Assembly (NCBI GenBank): GCA_040219255.1
Contig: JAVJSW010000001.1
Location: 64,001-128,000, forward strand
Direction of reading: 5' to 3'
Length of the DNA: 64,000 bases
DNA from: Sumerlaeia bacterium
GTDB taxonomy: Bacteria; Sumerlaeota; Sumerlaeia; SLMS01; JAHLLQ01
The notes below the pieces were generated by a model, which made no database searches, was not told the origin of the DNA, and worked only from the letters and a program-made list of their open reading frames with translations. The position numbers and the translations under genes were made by a program. Shown here one piece after another: positions 9,632-18,960 of this stretch. Each line of letters starts with the position of its first letter. Within the stretch, counting starts at the first letter, position 1.

Positions 9632-9981
9632 CAGGAACCCTTCCCCGAAAAGGACAGAGCTTTCCCACAGATCATCAGGTCTCTGACGCGAGAATCCTGA
9701 TGAAGCCATACAAGTTCAACAAAACAACTTCTCGTTCAGATCGTTACCCAACCCGCTTTTCTCTGAGAATCGACACACTCACCGATCGCTCCCTCTTGCT
9801 ATCGGCCTTCGGCCGATCCGCCGAGCAACGGGCCGGGGTTTCGAGAGTCACCCGCACAAGCCTTCGCCCCCCCAAGATTGTCCTGCCTATCTCTCCTGTC
9901 CCCAATCTTCTCTGCGCCCTCTGTGACTCTGTGGTGAGTTCTAAAGGAACCGGGAGCTTCGAGACCTCCGCGCCCCGGCAC

Positions 9982-10054
9982 TAAGTGCAACATGTGTAAC
10001 TTGTCTATCTTGTACCCGAGTCTCCACATGAGAGGACAAACGGAAAGGCTTGTG
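9982..10054. repeat. Dispersed ~73-bp repeat, copy A
   Basis: Ungapped match (59/73 by hand count) to 58269-58341. Confidence 0.8.
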
Positions 10055-10118
10055 ATCTCATGCCCTCGCACTCACCGACCGGAGCCCTCGAGCCATGACC
10101 CTCAAGCCCTCAGCCACC

Positions 10119-10803
10119 CTACCCCTGCTTGCCCTCGATCAGGCACAGCAGCGTCGCCGCCGCCGCCCCCAGCCGCCGGTCCAGCCAACCGTGCGTGTCT
10201 TGCGAAAAATCCGCCGTCAGCTTCATGAGGAACGGATTGAAATTCTGCTTCATGAACCCCACCGGATGGCCGTTGATCGTGAAGTTGTACTGCTGGCTGA
10301 GGCACGAACAGCGACACAAAATCCACGAACCGCCGCAGCAGCGCCGTCAGCAAGCTGTCTTCCTGGATGATGCCGATGGGCTGGTCGTTCAGGTCCCAAA
10401 TCTGCCATTCATCGCGCGCGATCGACTTCATCCCCATGCGCCGCAGCGCCCCGATCTTCACCTCGGGGCCCGTCGAAACGTCGAAGATGTCGAAGGTCAC
10501 GCCGATGTCGAACACCTGCCGCGCCCGCATCCGCAGCAGCGGCTGGCTCAACGCCTCGTCGCCATACACGGTCAGGTCTTCCTTCAGCTTGAAAGCCTTC
10601 TGCTTGCACTTGAGCAGCAGCTCACCGCTCTCGCTGAAAACATTCGCCTCGGCGCCGAAGATCTTGAAGAACTTCCGCCTAATCAGGAACTTGTGGTGCT
10701 GGAAATGGGGGTGCAACTGGGCGAAGTGGGGCTGAGGAACCTCCGGGGGCATCTGGCCCGGGGGCACGTTTTGCGGGGCGCTGGGCGCGGCTTCCAAACT
10801 CAT
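10119..10803 (-). pseudogene. Frameshifted LURP-one/scramblase-like beta-barrel protein
   Basis: Frame 1 gives ...KQKAFKLKEDL...SLFVPQ; the natural C-terminus QYNFTINGHPVG...LDRRLGAAAATLLCLIEGKQG* lies in another frame; the junction reads CCT CAGC CAGC AG TAC. Confidence 0.7.
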
Positions 10804-10977
10804 AATCGGACCTCGTGTCTCTTTGATAAATTTTTCAGGCTACGAATGCCGATGAAATCGTTTATTCCAGCCGCCGGATCAAGCTGGAAAAGCTCCCACT
10901 TCCCCCTTGCCGCGCACCGGAAATCAGAGTCTATGAGTCACCGATTCGATCCCACAGGAAAGACTAGGCCTCCCCTC

Positions 10978-11595
10978 ATGACAAAGCCAAAAGCTTTCAC
11001 ACTCATTGAACTGCTAATCGTTGTCGCAATTATCGCCATTCTCGCCGCCATCGCCGTCCCCAACTTCCTCGAAGCCCAGACCCGCGCCAAAGTCAGCCGC
11101 GCCACCACCGATCTGCGCACCATCGCCACCGCCATCGAAGCCTACGCCGTCGACAACGGCAAGTACCCCACCATGATCGATCCCGGCTTCCCCGGCGGCG
11201 TCGCCCCCCTCGCCGGTTCCGACCTCAAATGGTGGTACGTGCCCGACGCCCTTTCGACCCCCATCGCCTACATCACCGATGCCAATCTGCGCTGCCCCTT
11301 CGGCGGCAACACGGACCGCAAGAACGACTTCCCCGATGAGATCTGGCGCCGTTACAGCTACGAAAACATCCCCGAACTGATGGGCAAGCGCGACGCCTTC
11401 CCGATCCTGCAGAACCGCTACCGCGACGAAGCCCTCGCCTGGAGCGGCCAATGGCGTCTGAACTGCGTCGGACCCGACAACATCTGGAACCCCTCGCGCG
11501 CCTACGATCCCACCAACGGCACCGTCAGCGAAGGCGACATCATCCGCAGCCAAGTCAGCACCCAAGGCAACGCCAACCCCGACACCTTGCCTTGA
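10978..11595 (+). CDS. Prepilin-type N-terminal cleavage/methylation protein (pseudopilin-like)
   Basis: MTKPKA|FTLIELLIVVAIIAILAAIAVPNF; C-terminal GPD...YDPTNGTVSEGD. Confidence 0.9.
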   Translation: MTKPKAFTLIELLIVVAIIAILAAIAVPNFLEAQTRAKVSRATTDLRTIATAIEAYAVDNGKYPTMIDPGFPGGVAPLAGSDLKWWYVPDALSTPIAYITDANLRCPFGGNTDRKNDFPDEIWRRYSYENIPELMGKRDAFPILQNRYRDEALAWSGQWRLNCVGPDNIWNPSRAYDPTNGTVSEGDIIRSQVSTQGNANPDTLP

Positions 11596-11627
11596 CCCCC
11601 TTCTCTCAACCGTGAAACCGCACTCCC

Positions 11628-13403
11628 ATGATGAACGCGGCCCCCTCTGAGAAAGAAAAAAGCCTGATGCGGCGGTTCCTGCTCGGAGCCGTCGCCTTCG
11701 CCATCCTTTGGGTCGTGGTGGGAGCCTTCGCCCTCAAGCTCAACCGCGACGAAGCCCAGCTCCTCTCCGTCGCCTGGCACATGGCCCAGGGCGAACGCCT
11801 CTACCTCGACATCTGGGACAACCATGGGCCCCTGCCCATGGTGGCCGCCTCCCTCTGGTTCCGCGCCGTCGCCTGGGAGAGCTACGCCATCCTCTACGTC
11901 TTCCGGGGCTTCGGCCTCGCGATGCTGCTGGCGGGCGCCTGGCTGCTCTGGCGCCTCGCCCGGCGCATCCTCCCCGCCCCCGAGTGGACCGCCCCGCTGA
12001 CCGTACTCTTCTATCTGGCGTCCGTCATCACCGGCGAGATGGGCTTTCAGATTCGCTCCGACACGCCACTCACCCTCATCTGGATCGCCAGCCTGCTCCT
12101 CTATTTCCGCGCTCGAGATAAGGCCCGATGGCCCCATTGGCTCCTGGCCGGCGCCGTCATCGGCCTAGGTTTCACATGCAGCGTCAAGACCCTCATCCTC
12201 GGCTTCACCGTCGGCCTGATGTTCGTGGCGGAGACGATCTGGCACCGGCGCCTGATGTGGAAGGAGCTGCTGCTCTACGGGGCCGGCGCCGCCATTTCGA
12301 CAGGCCTGCTCCTCCTCGCCCTTCGTTTGTTCGGCGTGTGGGACATTTTTTTCGAGACTGTCTTCGGCCAGAACTTCGACCGCGAGGCCGAGCCCCCCAG
12401 CTACGGCTGGGATCAGTACCGGGGCTACGACAGCGTTGGCTCCATCGTCCTGCTTCTCGCCCTGGCCTACACCTGGGTTCAGGCCGCGCGGCGCCGCGTG
12501 CCTCTGCTGGTGCTGCTGTTATCCTTGCCCATGGCGTTCTTGATTTTCCAGTTTGTCGTCCTCTTACCGACCAAGTACCCGCAAAGCCTGACCACCATGA
12601 TTCCGCCCGCCGCCCTGGTTTGCGCCTGGGTCGCCTGGGACTTGGCGACTCGGATTCCGCGGGCCTCCTGGAAGCCCTTCCAGCGCCTTTCCCCCGCCCG
12701 ATGGGCGATGGGCGCCCTCACGGTTTTCGCCCTCGCCATACCGTTCCGCGTGGACTATTTCGAGGACGACCGGCTGGCCACTCAAGTCCAATGGGGACAA
12801 AGGCTCCTGGCCAACACGCCGCCGGACACCACCGTCTTCGACGCCGACGGCCATCCCTTCTTCCGCGTCCACCCCGGTCCCTTCAAGTGCATCGTCAACA
12901 CCATCCGCGACCGCGTCGAAGGCGGACAGTTCGACACCACCTTCCCTCAGATTATCGACGAGCACGACATCCAGTACGCCGTCATTGGCTCGCGGTTCGC
13001 CAAAGTCAAGAAAGAGACACTTCGCTTCCTCGAAGCCAACTACCTGCCCGCCAAAGGCCCCGCGCCCCTCTTTGCCGCCGGCAAAGTCATCGGTGAACCG
13101 GGCGAATTTCCCCTCCTGATCGCTGGCGAATACCACTGGGGCCTCTTCGACGACGCCGCCAACCCCATCACCACCGCCACGCTGACTCTCAACGGCCAAC
13201 AGCCGCCCAATCCCACTGTACTTGGCGACGGCACGCACAGCGCCTCCTTCCCCGAGTGGGCGCGGCTGGTCATCTATCGGACCCCGCCAGAGAACTGGGG
13301 GAACTGGCATCGCGCCCTCACCCGGGAAATGCCCCACGACAACAAGCGGAAACTCAAGAAGTACCATGAGAAGGTCTGGCAGGAAGACATTCTCTACTAC
13401 TGA
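11628..13403 (+). CDS. Multi-TM GT-C-fold glycosyltransferase-like protein (ArnT/PMT-like)
   Basis: Many TM helices; RDE after the first TM, YLDIWDNHGP, RSD and K motifs; soluble C-terminal domain. Confidence 0.7.
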   Translation: MMNAAPSEKEKSLMRRFLLGAVAFAILWVVVGAFALKLNRDEAQLLSVAWHMAQGERLYLDIWDNHGPLPMVAASLWFRAVAWESYAILYVFRGFGLAMLLAGAWLLWRLARRILPAPEWTAPLTVLFYLASVITGEMGFQIRSDTPLTLIWIASLLLYFRARDKARWPHWLLAGAVIGLGFTCSVKTLILGFTVGLMFVAETIWHRRLMWKELLLYGAGAAISTGLLLLALRLFGVWDIFFETVFGQNFDREAEPPSYGWDQYRGYDSVGSIVLLLALAYTWVQAARRRVPLLVLLLSLPMAFLIFQFVVLLPTKYPQSLTTMIPPAALVCAWVAWDLATRIPRASWKPFQRLSPARWAMGALTVFALAIPFRVDYFEDDRLATQVQWGQRLLANTPPDTTVFDADGHPFFRVHPGPFKCIVNTIRDRVEGGQFDTTFPQIIDEHDIQYAVIGSRFAKVKKETLRFLEANYLPAKGPAPLFAAGKVIGEPGEFPLLIAGEYHWGLFDDAANPITTATLTLNGQQPPNPTVLGDGTHSASFPEWARLVIYRTPPENWGNWHRALTREMPHDNKRKLKKYHEKVWQEDILYY

Positions 13404-13414
13404 CTCGTCCAGAG

Positions 13415-14935
13415 TTAGATCGCCTTGGCCGCCAGCGCGTCCTGGAGCCATTGCGCCACCAGCCGCACACCGAAGCCACTGGCTCCCGGCCGCAGGAACC
13501 GGAAGCCCTTTGGCGCCAGGGCCGGACCCGCCAGGTCCACATGGGCCCAGCGTACGCCCTCCGGCACGAAGGCCTTCAGGAAGTTCGCCGCGTGGATCGC
13601 TCCGCCGTCGGCGCCGAGCTGGCTGATGTTGTTCATGTCCGCCAGCGGATGTCTCAGCGAAGACTCGTATTCTTTCCAGAGGGGCAGCCTCCAGAGCGTA
13701 TCGCCCGAATCTCCAGCCGCTTTGAGCAGCGACGCGGAGAGCGCCTCGTCGTCGGTGAAGAGCGCCGCCATGCTCGGCCCCAGCGCCCGCACCGCCGCGC
13801 CGGTCAGCGTGGCGAAGTCGATCATCACCTGGGCCTTTTCCTCGCCCGCGCGGTGGAACGCGTCCGCCAGAATCAACCGCCCCTCGGCGTCCGTGTTTCC
13901 GATAAAGACTGTCTTGCCGGACTTGTGCGTCAGGATGCAGCCGGGCTGGTAAGCCGCCGCGTCGATGGCGTTGTGGGCACTCGGGATGATCGCCGTGACG
14001 CGCACCGGCAGTTCCATCGAAGCGATCGCCTGCATCGCCCCGAGCACAGTGGCCGCGCCTCCCATGTCGCCGTTCATGTGCGGCATGGACTCGCGCGTCT
14101 TGATGCTGTACCCGCCCGAATCGTAGGTCATGCCCTTACCCACCAGCACGACGTGCGGCAGGCCCTTGCGCGCGTTCTTGGGCGCGTAGCGCAGCACCAC
14201 CATCCGCGGCGGGTACTCGCTGCCCCGGCCGACGTTCCAGAGCAGCCGGTAATCCTGGCGCTGGATCGCTTCCTCGTCGAGAACCGTCGCGCCGAGCTGA
14301 TGGTATTCCGCCAGACGAAGCGCCTCATCCGCCAGCTCTTCAGGCGTCAGGATGTTATGCGGCGCGTTGACCAGCAGGCGGGCCAGCGAAATGCCTTCGC
14401 AGATACCCTGGCGCCGCTTCAGCGCGGCCTCCACGAACCGCTTCCGCTCCTTGTCCACCACGAAAACCAGCTTGATCACGGGCCGCGTTTCCGTCTTGGA
14501 CTTGAAGCGCTCATCGGTGAAATCGCCCAGCGCCGCACCCTCGAACAGATCCGCCGCCAAATCCGCGGCATCGCCATTGCCGGAAGACAACATCACCTGG
14601 AGCCGCTCGACGCCCTGGCGCCGGGCCAGATCGATCACTCGGGCCATGGCGGCCTTGCGGCCCTCGACCCCCGGCAGCCAATTGCCCAGCGTCACCGAGT
14701 CCAGCAGCAGCATTGGCGCCGCCTCCGCCGCATCGCGCGGCAAGACCGCCACAACGGACGATTGGCAGGTTCCGGTTTCGATTTTCTCGGCGAATTCGCG
14801 CAGGAGACCCTCGATCGGTTCGCCCACGCCCGTGGGCCATGCACCGCTGCCGTGGAGCGCCACGATGGCGTCCGCGGAAAGCGGTTTGCCGCCACGCGCT
14901 TTGACCTCGGCCAAGACGGATAAGGAGGAGAGCAT
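13415..14935 (-). CDS. pepA: Leucyl aminopeptidase (M17)
   Basis: GKGMTYDSGG, DMGGAA, NTDAEGRLILAD, ATLTGA, WAHVDLAG. Confidence 0.93.
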   Translation of the reverse strand: MLSSLSVLAEVKARGGKPLSADAIVALHGSGAWPTGVGEPIEGLLREFAEKIETGTCQSSVVAVLPRDAAEAAPMLLLDSVTLGNWLPGVEGRKAAMARVIDLARRQGVERLQVMLSSGNGDAADLAADLFEGAALGDFTDERFKSKTETRPVIKLVFVVDKERKRFVEAALKRRQGICEGISLARLLVNAPHNILTPEELADEALRLAEYHQLGATVLDEEAIQRQDYRLLWNVGRGSEYPPRMVVLRYAPKNARKGLPHVVLVGKGMTYDSGGYSIKTRESMPHMNGDMGGAATVLGAMQAIASMELPVRVTAIIPSAHNAIDAAAYQPGCILTHKSGKTVFIGNTDAEGRLILADAFHRAGEEKAQVMIDFATLTGAAVRALGPSMAALFTDDEALSASLLKAAGDSGDTLWRLPLWKEYESSLRHPLADMNNISQLGADGGAIHAANFLKAFVPEGVRWAHVDLAGPALAPKGFRFLRPGASGFGVRLVAQWLQDALAAKAI

Positions 14936-14962
14936 ACGGATCGCAGCCTCTGTGTTCAGAAA

Positions 14963-15454
14963 TTAGCGCTTCATGTTTTCGAAGGACAGCGGCCGCTCAT
15001 AGTCGGCATCCTTGAGCAGCGCGATGACCTGCTGCAAGTCGTCGATCTGCTTGCCTTCGACGCGGACCTGGTCGCCCTGGATCGAGGTCTTGACCTTCAG
15101 CCCGCTGTCCTTGATGCGCTTGGTGATGTCTTTGGCGGTCTCTTTGTCGAGACCCTCGTGCATCTTGGCGTTGATGCGGATGGCGCCCAGGGAAGCGTCC
15201 TCGCGGTGCTCCCAGTCGAAGGTCTTCATCGAGACGCCCTGATCGTTGAGGGAACCGAGGACGATCTCGCGCACCGCCTTCAGCTTCATCTCGTCGGGCA
15301 CGACCACCAGCAGTGTCTTGGTTTTCTTGTTCAACTCCAGCGTCACGTCGACGCCCTTGAAGTCGTAGCGCTGGGCGATCTTGCGGTTCGCCGTGTTGAT
15401 GGCGTTGTCAACGAGCTGCAGGTCCGGTTTACAGACAATATCGAAAGTCGGCAT
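14963..15454 (-). CDS. yajQ: YajQ family nucleotide-binding protein
   Basis: MPTFDIV, RYDFKG, IQGDQVRVEGK..DDLQ.VI. Confidence 0.93.
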   Translation of the reverse strand: MPTFDIVCKPDLQLVDNAINTANRKIAQRYDFKGVDVTLELNKKTKTLLVVVPDEMKLKAVREIVLGSLNDQGVSMKTFDWEHREDASLGAIRINAKMHEGLDKETAKDITKRIKDSGLKVKTSIQGDQVRVEGKQIDDLQQVIALLKDADYERPLSFENMKR

Positions 15455-15460
15455 CGTCGC

Positions 15461-15607
15461 TCAGGGCTCCCTGCTTTCGTCGAACACGCCCATGAAAAAG
15501 AACAGGGCGGTGACGAGGATGAACGATCCAAAAAAGAAAACACCGAAGTAGATCACAATGCGGCCTCGCACATGGAATTTCTCGGCCCGCACCGTGTCGA
15601 TGGGCAC
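15461..15607 (-). CDS. Putative 48-aa single-TM small protein
   Basis: GTG at 15607 gives MPIDTVRAEKFHVRGRIVIYFGVFFFGSFILVTALFFFMGVFDESREP*; it fills the gap and ends 6 bp before yajQ. Confidence 0.5.
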   Translation of the reverse strand: MPIDTVRAEKFHVRGRIVIYFGVFFFGSFILVTALFFFMGVFDESREP

Positions 15608-15667
15608 CCTGCGGCGGCAATGCGAAAGACGTTGCCCCGCAAGAGAAAGCGCAGCCAAGGTGGCGCG

Positions 15668-16753
15668 ATGAACGATGCCTCCCTTTCTTTCCTCAAACGC
15701 CTTCTCGACGTGCCCTCCCCCTCGGGCTTCGAAGAACCGGCTCAGGCCATCTGGAGCGACGAGGTCCGCCAGTTTGTCCCCGACATCCGACGCGGCGTCC
15801 ACGGCGACGTCTACGCCGTCCTGCCGGGCCGGGGCGCCGGACTCTCCGTTGCCCTGATGGGTCATGCCGACGAAATCGGCCTCATCGTCCGCTTCATCTC
15901 CGAGGACGGCCTGCTCTACGTCGCAGGGATCGGCGGCGTGGACGTGACCCTGCTGCCGGGCGAGCGCGTCCGATTCCAGGGCCTCAAGGGCGAAGTCCAC
16001 GGCGTGGTCGGCAGTCTCGCCATTCATCTCAAGACCGCCGAACAACGCAAGAAATCCGCGAACGACTGGAACGGCATCTGGGTCGACCTCGGCGCCAAAT
16101 CCCGCGAGGAAGCGCTGACGCTGGTGGCCGTGGGAACTCCCGGGGTCTTCGGCGGCGGAGGCTTTCAGGAACTGCCCAACGGCCGGGCCATCGCCCGCTG
16201 CTGGGACAATCGCATCGGCTGCTTCATCGTCGCCGAGGTCCTGCGCCGCCTGGCCAAGGACGGCGAATCCGAGGTCCTCCCCACTGTTTTCGGCATCAGC
16301 ACCGCTCAGGAGGAAATCTGCGGCCGGGGCGCCCAGACCATCCTGCACGGCATCAATCCCCACTTCGCCCTCGTTTACGATGTCACTCACGCCACCGACA
16401 CGCCCGATTGCGACAAGCGCCGCCACGGCGACATACGCCTCGGTGCCGGCGGCGCCATCACCGTTGGCGTGCTGACAAACAACGCCCTGACCGCGGCCGT
16501 TCAGGCCTGCGCCAAGCGTCATGGCATTCCCCTGCAAACGGAAGCCGACAACGGCAAATCCAGCACCGACGCCGACCAGGTCTCCATCGTCCGCGCCGGA
16601 ATTCCCGTGGCCGTCATGGGCTGCCCCCTGCGGTACATGCACACGGCCAGCGAAATCGCCCAATTGAGCGACATCGATGCCCTGATCGATGTCACCGTGG
16701 CGTTCTTGAAGGACCTGACGGAGGGCTTCCCGCTCTTCGCCGAGCAGGGATAA
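15668..16753 (+). CDS. M42 family aminopeptidase
   Basis: SPSGFE, GHADEIG, WDNRIG, QEE, DVTH, PLRYMHT. Confidence 0.92.
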   Translation: MNDASLSFLKRLLDVPSPSGFEEPAQAIWSDEVRQFVPDIRRGVHGDVYAVLPGRGAGLSVALMGHADEIGLIVRFISEDGLLYVAGIGGVDVTLLPGERVRFQGLKGEVHGVVGSLAIHLKTAEQRKKSANDWNGIWVDLGAKSREEALTLVAVGTPGVFGGGGFQELPNGRAIARCWDNRIGCFIVAEVLRRLAKDGESEVLPTVFGISTAQEEICGRGAQTILHGINPHFALVYDVTHATDTPDCDKRRHGDIRLGAGGAITVGVLTNNALTAAVQACAKRHGIPLQTEADNGKSSTDADQVSIVRAGIPVAVMGCPLRYMHTASEIAQLSDIDALIDVTVAFLKDLTEGFPLFAEQG

Positions 16754-16762
16754 AACGGAACC

Positions 16763-17230
16763 TCAGTAAACCCAGGGAACGAGCAGCTTCGTCCGAGCCG
16801 CCCAGGCGGCGTGCCGGGGACCAAAGGCTTGCCCCAGAAGGCGATCCTCGAGCCTAGTCTGCTGAACGACGCAGGCAACCGCCAGCAGCCACAATCCCCA
16901 CGCCAGACCATCCCCCGCCAGGCCTGCGAATCCTGTCAGCATCACCAGATCGCCCAAATACATCGGGTGCCGCACCCAACGCAGCAGCCCCCCGCCGGTC
17001 ACCAGTTCGGAGGGCCGGCCAAGGGCGCGGGCCTTGCGCTTGAGAATGACGTAATGAGAAAGCTCGATCGATCCCCCCGCCACCGCCAGCCCGGCTCCCG
17101 CGGCATAGGGCGGCGCCAGCAACTCTCGGCCGAGCGGGATGCCCGGCACCCCCATCGAGGCCGCGGCGCCATAGCCGATCAGGCCCAGGCTCAGCCCCAA
17201 CTTGGCCCACCAGGCGGGCGATGCGCTCAT
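16763..17230 (-). CDS. Isoprenylcysteine carboxyl-methyltransferase / PEMT-like membrane protein
   Basis: LVTGG..RWVRHPMYLG and EDRLL..FG motifs; ATGA overlap with the upstream gene. Confidence 0.8.
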   Translation of the reverse strand: MSASPAWWAKLGLSLGLIGYGAAASMGVPGIPLGRELLAPPYAAGAGLAVAGGSIELSHYVILKRKARALGRPSELVTGGGLLRWVRHPMYLGDLVMLTGFAGLAGDGLAWGLWLLAVACVVQQTRLEDRLLGQAFGPRHAAWAARTKLLVPWVY

Positions 17231-18450
17231 GCTTCGACGGTGGTGTGGCCGCTGGCGCCGCCGGTGCGCTCGATCAGGATCAGCGTCAAATCGTCGTGCG
17301 GCACTTCCCCGCGAATGTGAGAGGAAACATCGCCGGTCACAAGGTCGAGCGCTTCCTCCAGATCCATGTCGCCGGTGACCGACAGGAGCGAAATCAGTCG
17401 TTCCGTGCCATAGGTTTCCCCCGAACCGTCCCGGCCATGGAGGATTCCGTTCGTCATCAGAATCAACCGGCCTCCGATGGGAAGCGTGCTGAGCGAATCG
17501 TGATAGGTAATGTCATCGAAGATGCCGAGTGGTGGGCCGCCGGCGGGTTCGAGAAGGTCCGCCCGGTCTTCCTCCGGCAGGTGCAGGATGGGCGAGGGAT
17601 GACCCGCCGCGGAGTGCACCAGAGTGCCCGATTCCGGGTCCACAACGGCGATATAGCAGGTCATCAGCTCCTCGGAGTCGAAGGTGCTCAGGAGGGTCTT
17701 GTTCATTTCCTGGAGGGTTTGCGCCGGGGAAAGCCCCCGCGCCAGCACGCACCGCAACACCGCCTGGGCCATGGCGGAATGCACCAGGGCCTGCAAGCCC
17801 GAGCCCTTGACATCCCAGACGACGTAAGCCACGCGCCCGTCGGGCAGCGCCAGCGCACCATACCCATCGCCCGATCCATCGCGCCCGCTGGCCTCGAAGT
17901 AAACGACTGAGCGCAGGTTGCGGAATTGAGGCAAAGCCTCTGGAATCAGCCGACTGCGCACACGCGTCATCTGCTCGCTCTTGCGGTCCAGCGTGGCCCT
18001 CGCCTCCGCCAACCGGTCATGCAAAAACTTGATCTTCAGGTGCGAAGCGACTCGCGCGGAGAGGAGTTGGGGATCGACCGGCTCGAAAAGGAAATCGTCG
18101 GCTCCGGCTTCCAGACCGGTGGCCCGGGCGGCGAAATCCTCGTCCGAGACCAGCATCAGGATCGGCAGATTTTGCCCCCGGCCCTGGCGTTTGCGCAGCT
18201 CTCGGGTCACATCCGCCGGGCGATTGTCTGAAAGTCTGCTGGGCAACAGGACCAGATCCGCCCCTTGACGCCCCACCTGATGCACCACGTCGTCGCCGTT
18301 CACACAGCACAGGACGTCGTAGCCGTTGGCCTGGAGCGTAGCCTTCATCAGCGCCGAGTCGGGAGTTAACGTATCCACCAGGACGACGCGATGCTTCGCC
18401 GATTGCAGATCGCCGGTCGTATTGGCGGGGAAAGGGGTCGGTACACTCAA
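17227..18450 (-). CDS. Receiver-like domain + coiled coil + SpoIIE/PP2C phosphatase (degenerate)
   Basis: REC fold (GLEAGADDFL); PP2C motifs GD, DV.G.G, AGHP, G.PLG, DDLT; start uncertain (TTG 18450 or 18507). Confidence 0.85.
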   Translation of the reverse strand: MSVPTPFPANTTGDLQSAKHRVVLVDTLTPDSALMKATLQANGYDVLCCVNGDDVVHQVGRQGADLVLLPSRLSDNRPADVTRELRKRQGRGQNLPILMLVSDEDFAARATGLEAGADDFLFEPVDPQLLSARVASHLKIKFLHDRLAEARATLDRKSEQMTRVRSRLIPEALPQFRNLRSVVYFEASGRDGSGDGYGALALPDGRVAYVVWDVKGSGLQALVHSAMAQAVLRCVLARGLSPAQTLQEMNKTLLSTFDSEELMTCYIAVVDPESGTLVHSAAGHPSPILHLPEEDRADLLEPAGGPPLGIFDDITYHDSLSTLPIGGRLILMTNGILHGRDGSGETYGTERLISLLSVTGDMDLEEALDLVTGDVSSHIRGEVPHDDLTLILIERTGGASGHTTVEA

Positions 18451-18472
18451 GGCTATATCACGCCCACGATGG

Positions 18473-18856
18473 TCAGGAAGGATAATGAGAATTGTCGCCG
18501 AGGCCAAAGACCTTGAGCAACCGGGTCATCCTGAGGACATCCAGGACTTTCGGCGAGGGATTGACGAGCGAGAGCACCGTGCCCTGATGACGCAAGTGCT
18601 GGCGCAATCCCACCAGTACGCCGAGGCCGCTGGTGTCGAGAAAGGGCGTCTCCGACATGTCCAGGAGAACCGCCTTGGGCTGGCGCGCCGACGCGTCCAT
18701 CACCATCTCGCGCAGGTCCGAGCAAGTGTCGGCGATCAGTTCGCCAATCACGCGTATCTGCAGCGTCTCCTTGTTGCCTTCCAACACCAGTTCCACGCTT
18801 GATCGGAGCCCCCGTTGGGAGAAAGATCGAATCGTTGCCATGGTCGCCGTCGACAT
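18473..18856 (-). CDS. STAS-domain anti-sigma-factor antagonist
   Basis: VLLDMSETPFLDTSGLGVLV...VLRMTRL. Confidence 0.9.
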   Translation of the reverse strand: MSTATMATIRSFSQRGLRSSVELVLEGNKETLQIRVIGELIADTCSDLREMVMDASARQPKAVLLDMSETPFLDTSGLGVLVGLRQHLRHQGTVLSLVNPSPKVLDVLRMTRLLKVFGLGDNSHYPS

Positions 18857-18960
18857 GGTCAAATCATAGCCGAACATCGGGCGAAAAAGGCCCGTCGTCA
18901 ACCGCTTAGTCAAGCGCCTCCAATCCCATCCCACCGGTTTGTCCGGCAACGAACATCGCC

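Noticed and set aside
10129-10977. N-terminal extension of the 488-aa pilin ORF
   Set aside because: It is antisense to the frameshifted gene; the prepilin leader starts near 10978.
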